From positions 868,001 to 932,000 of the forward strand of contig NC_134034.1 of the NCBI RefSeq assembly GCF_964204645.1: a stretch of 64,000 nucleotides of DNA. Reading direction: 5' to 3'. Within the stretch, counting starts at the first letter, position 1; every line of letters begins with the position of its first letter. The notes under the pieces are model-generated. The model saw nothing but the letters and a program-made list of their open reading frames with translations. It was not told the DNA's origin and ran no database searches. This document shows, one piece after another, positions 1 to 11,700 of the stretch. The translations under genes and the position numbers were made by a program. The DNA comes from Tubulanus polymorphus (taxonomy: Eukaryota; Animalia; Nemertea).

Positions 1-227
1 AGAGGGTTCTTTCTTAGTCCAACATTTTGCCCGGAGAGAAATTCTTTCTTTGTTTTACAAACCCCAAAATAACAATTTTTAGCTTGTTAGTCAATCCCCC
101 ACACCAAAAAGACCTCCACTCGGCAATTGTGAAAAAATATCCCAACTTAAGAAGTTATTCACAGATTAGGTGAAGTTGACATAAAAATAGTGGTAATAAA
201 ATCGGTGTATTTGTTATTTGAATTTAC

Positions 228-438
228 CTTTATCCATCCCGGTGCGGCGATCTTTGACGATCCAAACATCTTGTATTTCACCATATTTCTCAAAACTCTC
301 CCTAAAATCAGCTTCGGTGACTCCTTTAGCGTGTACGACGAATATCCGACTGAACGGGGGGTGGTCATCGCGCCCGAAATCCCATGTTCTAGGCCCGCCG
401 CGTCCTCTTTCGAAATTATTACTATCAGTCGACGCCAT
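228..438 (-). CDS. RBM45: RNA-binding protein 45-like, first coding exon (gene continues off the left edge)
   Basis: Translation MASTDS...DDHPPFSRIFVVHAKGVTEADFRESFEKYGEIQDVWIVKDRRTGMDKG matches the RBM45 RRM1 start (DxPPxSRxF, FGEIQDIWVVKD). Exon ends at a GTAAAT donor at 227. Confidence 0.85.
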
Positions 439-1330
439 TTTGTAAGCTGGGAAGAATGGATCTTTTAGACCGTCAAGTGCTGCCGCCTATCGTATGTGCA
501 TTGTGTCGTTCCAGTTCAAGTTGAAATTTATTTTAACGGATGGTTATATAGGCCTACAGAGATTAAAGGGGGAAACAAACAATGAAATTGTTGATAGTGA
601 ATATGTGAACCAACTTACTTATTACTCGAATGCCGCAGTAGGAATATTGTGGGCTCGGTTAGTTCACATATTCACCGCTATCGAGATACATAGCGGCAGC
701 ACTTTACGGTCACGATCTGATCCACCGATCACTTTCTGTTTTTTTTTCAAATCTGAAATCCTTAAATAACAAGCAAGAAAAACATCGTGATTTCAAAGTA
801 GATTACAGACTATGTTTATTATATAATAGCGTTCATTAGTTATAGTATTGATATAAAAAAATTGACATTGTTTTCACTTCAAAAACCACGGCGCTGGGTT
901 TCAGCAAATTCAGTCGTAAATTTCACAAATAATGTTCTGGCAAATCGTAAACTTATTATTTCAACATTTTGCGGCGTATCTTACAATGGCAAGGTTCTAG
1001 CAACGGTACAGTCTCCCAATCCTCCCCCCATAAGTCCATCAAATTTCTGCACACTGCAGTTAGAGTTTGTCACATAGATCACCATAGGTCCGGTTCCACA
1101 AAGTTAAACCAGACAATGGTTTACTTGCTGTTGGTTGTTTTTCATGTTTATCAATTTGAGGACAACAATTCAAACTTTAAACCGTTTCAAACTGAAAGGA
1201 ACTTTTTGAAGCCAGTTTCTGTGTAAGTACCATGTTTGTTCCGCACAGACGAGACCCGGCGCCCATCTCGTGCATCAATAGTTCATTCGGCAATCTAGAA
1301 ACTCCTTCCCATCCGCGGTTCAGCCTCATG

Positions 1331-1993
1331 TCATAATTCATCGCTATTTTCGATTTTATCCAAAAATTCGTCGACTTTTCGCAATTCGCGCGTCAGCGAT
1401 TTCCAAGTGGCCACGTGAACTATAGCCCTAACGACGTTCGAACGCTTCTTGCCGTGTCGGTCTAATTCCGGCTGGTGCGCCTGACCGAACGCCACTTCCG
1501 CTTCCTCGTGCATTTTTATTCGATGAGTTAAACTTTTTATTTTCAGGTTTAATTTCTCGTCGAATTTGGCCGTTGATAATCGCGTTTTCAGTGTCTCCAA
1601 CTCCGCGTAAAATACAACTTTATCTTCTTCGGAGTCAAACTTTTCATTATCCATAGAGTTATCCACAACTTTAGCCGGTTTATCCGCGGAGTTATCCACA
1701 TCTCCAGATGGAGTATCCACAGGGCTATCCACATCAGCAGCAGGGCTATCCACAGATTCCACAGCAGGTCGCTTAACCGTTACTTTTGTCCCCGAATCTG
1801 ATAGAATATCATACCGACGGTTCGACTGTTCGAATCTGTATTTATCGAGCAGTTTTTCGCGGAACGGAATCGTCTTCCGACGGCCGCCGCCGTCACCACG
1901 ATCTCGAGAATAATAACGATTCAGAAACATCGACACGAGAAACAGGGCGAATAAACTCGCACCGTACAGAACTAATCTTCGCTGCTGCATCAT
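1331..1993 (-). CDS. Uncharacterised single-exon signal-anchor protein (~220 aa) ending in SDEL
   Basis: Long open ORF (first ATGs near 1993) with an N-terminal hydrophobic helix (LVLYGASLFALFLVSMFL), a VDS/VDN-P repeat stalk, a helical C-terminal part and terminal SDEL*. Confidence 0.6.
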   Translation of the reverse strand: MMQQRRLVLYGASLFALFLVSMFLNRYYSRDRGDGGGRRKTIPFREKLLDKYRFEQSNRRYDILSDSGTKVTVKRPAVESVDSPAADVDSPVDTPSGDVDNSADKPAKVVDNSMDNEKFDSEEDKVVFYAELETLKTRLSTAKFDEKLNLKIKSLTHRIKMHEEAEVAFGQAHQPELDRHGKKRSNVVRAIVHVATWKSLTRELRKVDEFLDKIENSDEL

Positions 1994-2189
1994 TACTCCA
2001 CAAACACAGATCAAACTTAAACGACTTGATGAGATTTAGATGTACAGGATTTATTATCATACTGATTCGAGAGACAAGATGTTACACGCGGATCGATACT
2101 GACAGCGAGGCCTAACTCGTGGCAGATCGCTTGTCACAGATGTCACGAACGTTGCCGTGATTTTCATGTTTTTATTTGACTCGATATCG

Positions 2190-2495
2190 ATTTAACATCT
2201 ATAGGCAATTTTTGTCTGTAACCCGCTTTTGGAATATCTCTAATTGACCATAAATCTATAGGCTATTCAATAATATTGTTCGCATTGTCTGTAGCCAGAC
2301 TTTTTTGGATTTTTCGCTAAATTTTTTTCAACAACACTTATATACATATATATACCTCAACGATTTAGCATCTGTGTCGATTTAGCCTAATTTTGTCTGT
2401 AACCCGCTTTTGGAATATATCTCTTATTGACCATAAATCTATAGGCTATTTGATATTATTGTTCGCATTGTCTGTAGCCAGTTTTTTCAACAACA
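2190..2495. repeat. Local direct duplication (~2 x 130-180 bp)
   Basis: ttttgtctgtaacccgcttttggaata...ttgttcgcattgtctgtagccag occurs at ~2210 and ~2391. Confidence 0.8.
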
Positions 2496-2720
2496 CAGTG
2501 TATTATAGCTCAATTTGATCTTAATACGACTAGTGAAACTGTGCAGCAGTCTTAATAAACCATCGTTAAAACTATCATTTCATTAAAATGTGATAAACTT
2601 ACAAATGATAGTGAGAAAACCCGATCAAACGCGTTGGTTCATGTACAAGTCTTACACGTTTGAACTATATCAGCCGGGCATCGATGAATCAAATCAGTCA
2701 TTCTTCCATCAATGACACGA

Positions 2721-5700
2721 TCAGAAACTCGTGGAAACTTGTTTGCGCTTATCTTTCGAAGGTGGCGCTTTGATCTTGTTTAGGTACAAATATTTCAGAC
2801 AGAAGACGACACCGGATGCCGGTAAACCGATCAGCAACATGACAAACACTCCCGAGAAATCGCGGATTCTTACTTGATTCGGTGGCGTTTTCGCGTCTGA
2901 TGTGCACGGGTCGGTGCCTTTAATCCAACTGAAAAATATACAATATACAAAATATACGATTACTTAGTAATTTAGCCAACCAGCCAGCCAACCAACCAAC
3001 CAGCCAACCAGCCAGCAGCCTGCTAGCCAGCCAACCAGCCAGCCAGCCGGCTAACCAACCAACCAGCCAGCAGCCTGCTAGCCAACCAACAAACCAACCA
3101 ACAAACCAACCAGCAGCCTGCTAGCCAACCAACCAGCCAGCAGCCTGCTAGCCAACCAACCAACCAACCAACCAACCAGCCAGCCAGCAGCCTGCTAGCC
3201 AGCCAACCAGTCAGCTAGCCAACCAACAAACCAACCAACCAACCAACCAACCAGCAGCCTGCTAGCCAACCAACCAGCCAGCAGCCTGCTAGCCAACCAA
3301 CCAACCAGCAGCCTGCTAGCCAACCAACCAGCCAGCTAGCCAACCAGCCAGCAGCCTGCTAGCCAACCAACCAACCAACCAACCAACCAGCGAGCCAGCA
3401 GCCTGCTAGCCAACCAACAAACCAACCAACCAACCAACCAGCCAGCCAGCAGCCTGCTAGCCAACCAACCAGTCAGCCACCTTCCATCCTATAGTTTGAG
3501 TTAACCTAACAACATTGAATTAAAATAAGTTAATTTTCAGTGAGTTACGTAGGAATCAGGTCTGAGCTAAGGAGGCTGTGCAACTGGGTCGACGTGCAAC
3601 GATCTTAATCTTGACAAAACACGTCCTGAGCCAACATCGCCCTTAATAGAGCAACTTTCTGAACGGTTTTCGATACACTTACTAGGCCATAACAGTGCGA
3701 GCCTTTCCGCTGAGTGCGATGTGTTGAAACGCTCGTTTCAAAGCTTTTGCGTACGGAAAATCTTTATTCATCGGAACAGCGAAAGCTTGCGGAGCCACGT
3801 GGATATTACCGATAGCTAATTCACACAACTTGTTGCGAGCTACAGAGAAAACAAAAAGCAATAAATGTACAAGAAAAAATCTGAACGTATGAATCTATTG
3901 AAGTTGTGTATGACGGATGCAAAACATGACCCTAGATAACAGAATCGCTCAACCATCAGAATCCTAGGGGAGAGGTCAATCCGAACCCAGGAAGACCCGT
4001 AACCCTAACCCTAGCAAGACTCGAACCTGCAAACCCTAGCATGCCAGCCGAACGTACTAACCACTAGACCATAGAACAGTAGTGATTTACGGTGTTTGTA
4101 AGTTTGTCTGGTCAGTGTGTCGACCGGTGACCAGTCAGGTGTGGTGGCTGTACTCACTAACAACACCTACTATCATTCTCTGATTGCAGGTTGTGTTTTA
4201 TAGCCTTGTATGAAAAAATGCAACAGCGTATTAATATTATCAGGTTTTTTACATCTCGGTTTGATGGTTTGTCCGGTGGTAATTGCGATGAATAATTAAT
4301 CAGATACATCACGACGGCTGCAGACGAGAATCCGTAGTTAAGGACGGTGGATATCGGCAACACCCTTTCTGACTTTTTGTCGCGTGTGGCTGTAACGATT
4401 TAGAAGAGAAGTGACGGTGAAATTACCAGCTCTCAGAAAAGCGAGCATATCCACGACCAGTTAGATCAATAGAACTATTATAGTCCAATCGACCGGGGAT
4501 AGAACCCGAGTCTACCACTTAGAAAGCAAACGCCCTAACCAGAAGACTTGGTTACACAGAACATTTGTTTTGGTTCGTTTTAAGGTTCATTTTAAGTTCC
4601 ACAGACGCTCGTATTTGAGGTTCTCTGAGGTAAAGAGTGGCTTAGATCCTTAAGTATATACATGTGATAATAATGGGTCTCTAAGCGACTTGTCACCTAC
4701 AAACTTCAAATGGTTTGAACAAGGCATTGAGCATTCGGTTCACTTTCAGTGAGTTTAGAAATCTTAACTCACAGCTTATGTGGAGCTGTAGCCTGAAAAC
4801 GGAGCCGATTATGGTTGGTATGATCCTTTATGAGTTGGCCGAAATGTGGTTCAGGTGGAATATTTAATCGCTGTAAGAAAACAAGGGAAACATCGCTCCT
4901 CTGAGCAGCCTCCCCTCCACCGATAACGACGCCCTTGTCCTTGCCGCGTGACATACACATTGATAAACAATGATTTATAATAGGGGATGAAAGCACTTTT
5001 GGAACATTGTCAAACATTCGCGTGACAAATGTCTTTGAAAAAACCCAATTAAAAACCAGGACGCGTTGATAAATATTGATAGTTATGCGGTTTGTCGACG
5101 ATTGAATTGTATATTAAACATAAGGAAAACCTGCGACTTAATTGTTTCCGTAGGGAAATTTATTCCAAACCAAACAAACGCAGCGACGTCAGGAAGTTGT
5201 GTGGTTCTGATATAAGGAGGGCAGCTCTGAGCTGAGATAAAGTGAGCTGATAAAATGTGACGATGCGACGTTTGATCTGAGTTCCCTGAACTGGCTGGCG
5301 CTGCAATATTCCATATCGTCTCTGCCCGCGGTTAATTTTGGATAAACTGGATCGGTTGCTAGCTTTCTGAGTGTTGATGACGACAAAAGTCATAGTTACG
5401 TACATTCTATTGATATCATTAGGAAGATACGTTTTGTATGGGAGAACTACATTAATGAAATACATATTATTTTGCAAGCGTGTTTGAATAGCGGAAATAT
5501 GACAAGTGAGTACAATTAATGGCTATATAAAGTCCATCTATTAATTGACGGGATTTTTCAGCGATTCGGGGGTATAACACACATATACCTCATCTAAGTT
5601 TAGAAGTAACTCCAGAAATCTGGGACGATAGGGTTTTTTAGAGTTTTCTATGAATTCAAGTTGATATACCATAGAAAATAGACGCCTATTTCAAATCGGT

Positions 5701-8700
5701 ACGGTTCAGCTCATGTCCAGATTTTTTAGGTAAAATAATAAGGAAATTCAGGCAAAATTCAGGCAAAAATCCAATATGGCGGCTTTGACTCTGCATATAA
5801 TGTCCTCCTTGTTTTCAGGGGTTGGTGATATAGATGGCGCTGAAGACGATGATTGGATCGATAATTTGCTACAGTCTGTTCGACATCAGATTATCCGCGG
5901 CGTCAGTAATGACAACATTTCCATGTTTCTGCCCGAATTCGAAAAATGGTACGAGATCCTCTCACTCGACGACATCGCCGCCTATCGGCGCTTGAAGAAA
6001 CGAGCGACGTCACGCTGCGAATTTTCGGCGTTAGTTAGCGGACAATTCTACAGCGACGAACTAGACTTCAGCGAAAAAGCGTCCGCTACCAACTTCCGGC
6101 GACCGCTTCACGTGGCCATCATGTTCGCGTCGCAGCGCCTCCTATCGGCGTTACTAGTCGACGAATACGAAACGATATTTCTGACGGATATTAACGGTTG
6201 TAATTGTTTGCACGTGCTCGTCCAGGCGGCGACACTGCGCACTGAGATGGAGGAACAATACATTGGCTGCTTGCAGACTCTGTACCTGCAGGTGGACTCT
6301 ATCGCCCGGAAGTACCTGTTACACCAAGAAAATAGCGACCACTTCCGGCCGGTGGAGCTGGCAGCTAAGGGGCAGTGTTACGGTTTGTTCTTACAGATGT
6401 TCACAGACGAGACCTACGTCATCAGGTTGGTTTCCATAGAGACAGGTGACAAAACCCACAATCATGCATGAAGATTGAGACAAGCTGTAAAAGAGTAAAA
6501 GAGCTTTGAATATGGCTCTAGCTCTTGCTTTTTCCAACTCTCCCTCTTTTTATCGCTTTTCTTCATAATTGTAGGTGACCGATGTATTCTAAATGTATTA
6601 TATAAATGGCAATCACTGTTCGTCGAAGATATTTCGAAGTTTAATGATTTGACAGTTTCAGGATTTATCTGAATTCCATCTTCAGAGAAGCAGTAAGGAG
6701 TTCAATCGGTTTCCGTGAAGATGGGTTTCAGAGATAAACTTGAAAGCCGTCAGATTTATTCAACTTTGATGAAATATCATCAGTTGTGGTATGCTTGTCT
6801 TTTTTCATGTCTACGTCATCAGCTACAAACGTCTGGCCTTGACCGAGATAATCGTCTATGACGTCACAGAGTACGAGGATTTCTCCGACAGGCGACGGGA
6901 ATTCCGATCACCGCTGAGGATGTTGATGTATCTGACGGACGACAAACGAGATGGCGTTATCAAATACGCCAAACAACAAGGCACCAGCGTCATATCTCAA
7001 TGGACAGATTACAAGATCAAACGCTCCTTACCATATTTGGTCATATGGATGACGTTCAGATGTTTATATCTGATATTACTATCCGTTTTGACGCCTGCGC
7101 ATTTCAGAGATCCCGACTTCAAGTCGATGCATATAAACGCCTCGTGTAACGACTTCATGAACGAAACGGCCTTTGTATCCAGTAAATGCCGTCTACTTCG
7201 TGACGTCACGTCCGTGGCGGTGTACACGATGACTTTATCGGTCGTGTTTCTGTTGTTCGATATTATCGAACTGATCGTGAACGCAGCCGATCGCGACAGA
7301 CGGATCATCTACAAGGGCATGTCCGAAATGGCCGCCTACGTCGGTTACACTCCGTTCTATCGTATGAACCAGTTCTTCTTAAACGTCACGTCGACGTTCG
7401 CCATAGTTTTCACGTTTTTCAACAAATACCAGCCGGAGACGGTGCAGACGGTGCTACGCTACACTAAAGGCGTCTACGTCCCGTTCCTGTTCGTCAGTTT
7501 TATGTACGTTGCCGAGTTCCTGCCGTATATGGGCCGTTTCGCGATAACGATGCAGAAAATGATCTCGATCTTGTTGAAGTTTTTGTTCATGTCGATATTC
7601 GTGAAGATCGTTTTCATCGGGTTTTTCCGCGACGTCAGCGCGGATTTCTCGTACGGTTACGCGTCGGCGATATATGTGAGTTTTCTGTTGGATAACGGCG
7701 GGTATAATTTCGGTTTGCAGCCAGAGTTAGAGTTGGGTTACGCTTACGTCGTGTATTTCTATTTCTCGGCCGTTTTACTGATCAACTACCTGATTGCTGT
7801 GATGTCGGTAGAAGCCGCCAGCACCGAAGAACTGAAATTTGTCATACAGAAGATCAGGAACCTACACGGCGCCTTCCTGGCCGAGGAGCGGTTCGGACGG
7901 TGGGTGACGTTGTTGTACTATAAGCTGAAACGCTGCAAACCGCCGCCCGTTTTCATCAAGGTCGAACGGACGATCAAACACAGGGAACAGTGGCGTATTC
8001 TATGGAAGAATCGATCAGCTGACTAATCTACCCGAGGTAGCTATTCTATACACTATGGTTGCGAATGCTCATAATTCAGATGAATTCTAGTTAACCTACA
8101 AGGTATTATAGCAGACTCCGCTCTAATCGGATCTGTTCAACTCGGAGATAACCGTTATACTTTGATAACCGTTAAACTTTTCTTGTTGTTGTGATACATG
8201 CACTATATATGAAATACACAAACCACCGGGTCAACTCATAAGCTCAGCAGCATGGAGAAACAAGGATAGAATCAAGTTTTTTTAGCCATAACATTGTAAC
8301 TTAGTATTGCAAACATGTAACAAGGTTTGTGCATCTAAACGACTGTAAGCCAGGTGACCACGGTGAGACATGTCGACGCCGATTACAGAGTTTAAAGATG
8401 TCACGAATCTTCTATCAGTGAGAATGTTTTTACTGAAACATTACTGTTGCTCTGAACAATTATAGTTCCATTTGGGCATTACACGGCAACGTTAACGATT
8501 CTGTGAATACGGAATTTAGATCTTAAATCTTGTAAGATTGATTTTAACTGTTAATAATGAGAAAACTCGTTAATAACCTACCCCTCGTAGCACTTAGATA
8601 TAAATTCAACGATATGAACGCGTATTTGCCTTGTTTAGCGCGTTCGATGCCTTCAGTAACGGACTCGGTGAAACTACCGGTATGCTTCATGTGTTCGTAC

Positions 8701-11700
8701 ATGCGATGATAGTCGGGATCAGCCGTCGCTCGGAAGAACGACTCGTCTGATGTACTTTTCTCGACCCCGTATTCGTAGTGTGTTTGCTTGAGCAGTTGTC
8801 GCATGCTGTTCAACGATTGGAATTTTTTATCCGTTAGAAAACTGGCCATATTACTCGTGTAACAACCTGCAAGAGATCGAAGAGCTTGCTGTTCTGCACG
8901 ACCTTGAAACAGGGATGAATCTAACAGGCCTCGTACACATTGAACCGATAATAAGATAAAAACCCACTATCTCTAGGGTGAGATCGAAACGTCGTGTATT
9001 CTATATATTTTAGATTGAATAAATAAATTCTTGTTTTTAAATTCTTTTAATCTGTAGTAGATAGTGGGTTTTATCTTATTACCTACCGACCTAGTACTAG
9101 AATCCAGTCCCTTCCCATCAATGTCGCCCACTTTTCTAACCAGTGAATTAAATTTTTGGAACCCCACCTTCCAAAATCGTAGCTGAAAAAAAGCTTCAAA
9201 CTCTGTTGCCAGTAAAGTTATGTGCCGGCCTCCCACACACTATTGCCCACGCTCTGGGAACAGATAGTTCTTCAGCATGCTTCTGTGTTGAGGAACCCTT
9301 ATAGGTTCTCGAAAGAACCAGTTCAAGTGAGTTGCAGCGGTAGAAATCGAAAAAGCTTCCTCGAAGAACTTCAGATAAAAGTTCTTAAAAGCCCGGTGGA
9401 TGTGAAATGTAGGCTTCATTAGAGAACCTTGGGGTACTACTTAACACTTTCTGTTCTGATATGGTTTCATAGGTCACTTACCGAGTACGACCAGTGCAAA
9501 AAACATTAGGAAGATAGTATATATTCTCATTGGTACCATAGTCGGCTCAAAGGGGGCGCCAAGCTGTAATATAGTCCCGTAACTGTACCAGGCTGACTCC
9601 TTCATGTTGAATTGTCGCTGTACGTCCTGGCGTTCTCGTAACGGGTTCAAATATTCTAAAAATCTCAAGTATAAAACCGACAACAGCAGAGCACCGAAAA
9701 CGATGCACCAGGAATCGATGTGGAAAGGTTGTAAAAACGAGTGGAATATATGGTCGGTACTCTCCTGTCGCAGGTACAAGTACGTCATACCGTCGAGCAT
9801 GAGCGGCGGCGTGAAATCTATGACTTCTAATCGCTGTTGAGTTTTAATCATTCCGCCAACAGCAATCTATAGATATAAACAGAGAAAATGAAAATACATC
9901 AGTGCTTTCAGAATGCGAGTCGAAAACATTTGCCTCCCCCTTCGACTAATGAGAATTAGCGCGTGATTCACCAGCTATCCCGCTAGATGGCGTGCTGCTG
10001 CAGCTGGCCCACTAGATGGAGCATGTAGGAAAACTCGATCAAAATCTAGTTCATGTTTGATTTATTTTATCATGATTTTGACAGAAATACGGATACAGTG
10101 ATTGGTGCCTTCAAACTACCCGCAAAACTTACCCTTCCCCACACGATCGACCAATAAACTTCAGCGTCCATTTTTACTCCCGGCTCTCGAATTTGATTTA
10201 ATTGTTCAAAACTTAACTTGTTTTCCATTTGTAACAACACGTGGACCAGTTGTACAGTTGTTTCCTAGCTTTAAGAACAGTTTAAGACTACAGTTCTACA
10301 ACTAAGAACAACCTTATGATTTAAGACAACGTTTGGACTGAAGTCAAGACTCTGTGCTACTAGTCCAAAGGTCCAGTTTTCGTTGATTCAAAGTTGTTGA
10401 AGTCCGTCATCTATCATCTCTGCCCCTAATGCGCCCCCCTGATACGAGAATGTACTCACCGGGAATTCACCCCTTCTCAATAAATCGACCACTCCACTCC
10501 AAGTTCCGTTCTCTTCGGTTCCGTACGCCAGACGACCTCGATCAATAAGCTCGTATTCGAGATTTATCTTCAGTTCGTCGCGAAGATGCTCAACGGCTAG
10601 GTTAAACAGGTCCAGAGCTAAACCCGTGAATCTGGCGTTACCGGTTAGAGTCGTGTCCGCGGGATTCACTTTAAACATGAACGGATACTCCTACAAACAA
10701 CGTCAAAAACAAATTTGAGACCATTTTGAGACACTCTTTATGGATAGGAGACCACTTTCCCAGTCTAGACGGTGCCTCCTAATGGATAGGAGACCACTTT
10801 CCCAGTCTAGACGGTGCCTCCTAATGGATAGGAGACCACTTTCCCAGTCTAGACGGTACCTTCTCATGGATAGGAGACCACTTTCCCAGTCTAGACGGTA
10901 CCTTCTCATGGATAGGAGACCACTTTCCCAGTCTAGACGGTACCTTCTCATGGATAGGAGACCACTTTCCCAGTCTAGACGGTACCTTCTAATGGATAGG
11001 AGACCACTTTCCCAGTCTAGACGGTACCTTCTAATGGATAGGAGACCACTTTCCCAGTCTAGACGGTACCTTCTCATGGATAGGAGACCACTTTCCCAGT
11101 CTAGACGGTGTCTCCTAATGGATAGGAGACCACTTTCCCAGTCTAGACGGTACCTTTTCATGGATAGGAGACCTACTTATTCCAGTCTGGACGGTGTTTT
11201 CTGATGCGCACGAATGTGTGTTATTCTTCTTCAATGTTGTTCGCACTTTTTACCTGTAGAGCTAATACTTTAATGTTGACATCCTTAGTCGCTGATTCAT
11301 CGTCGTGGCATCCATCGTTGACCTCCATCAGATTGGGTCTTTCTGTGGTACTGGTATTTCTGAACCATAACAACTTCTGTGGAACACACGGCACACGGCG
11401 ATTCATTAAAACAAAAAATACACATAGGTCAATCCCCGATATACCACCCGCCCATATTGGTGATTTATGATTTTGGCGTGCAGAAAGTATGACGGTACAT
11501 CGAGTCAGGTCTTAAGTTATAATATAGTCTAATTAACCAAAAAGTGCCCAGAAGTTGTTAGATTGATTATACATGTACAACCGAAATGCGTTTAGACTAG
11601 TATAAAGTAGCTAGATTGGTTATAGATCCAAATTGAGCTTAGGCTGGTCTTAAGTTGTTAGATATACTGTAGAATCAAAATGGTCATAGCCTGGACTTAA

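Noticed and set aside
952-1330. Possible continuation (readthrough or extra exon) of the SDEL ORF
   Set aside because: Several in-frame stops (TGA, TAG, TGA) follow the ORF and no phase-consistent join was found.
10703-11204. Repetitive 152/154-aa ORFs on both strands and a CRISPR-like appearance
   Set aside because: A 39-bp (13-codon) intronic minisatellite with no unique spacers and no cas genes, in a eukaryotic context.
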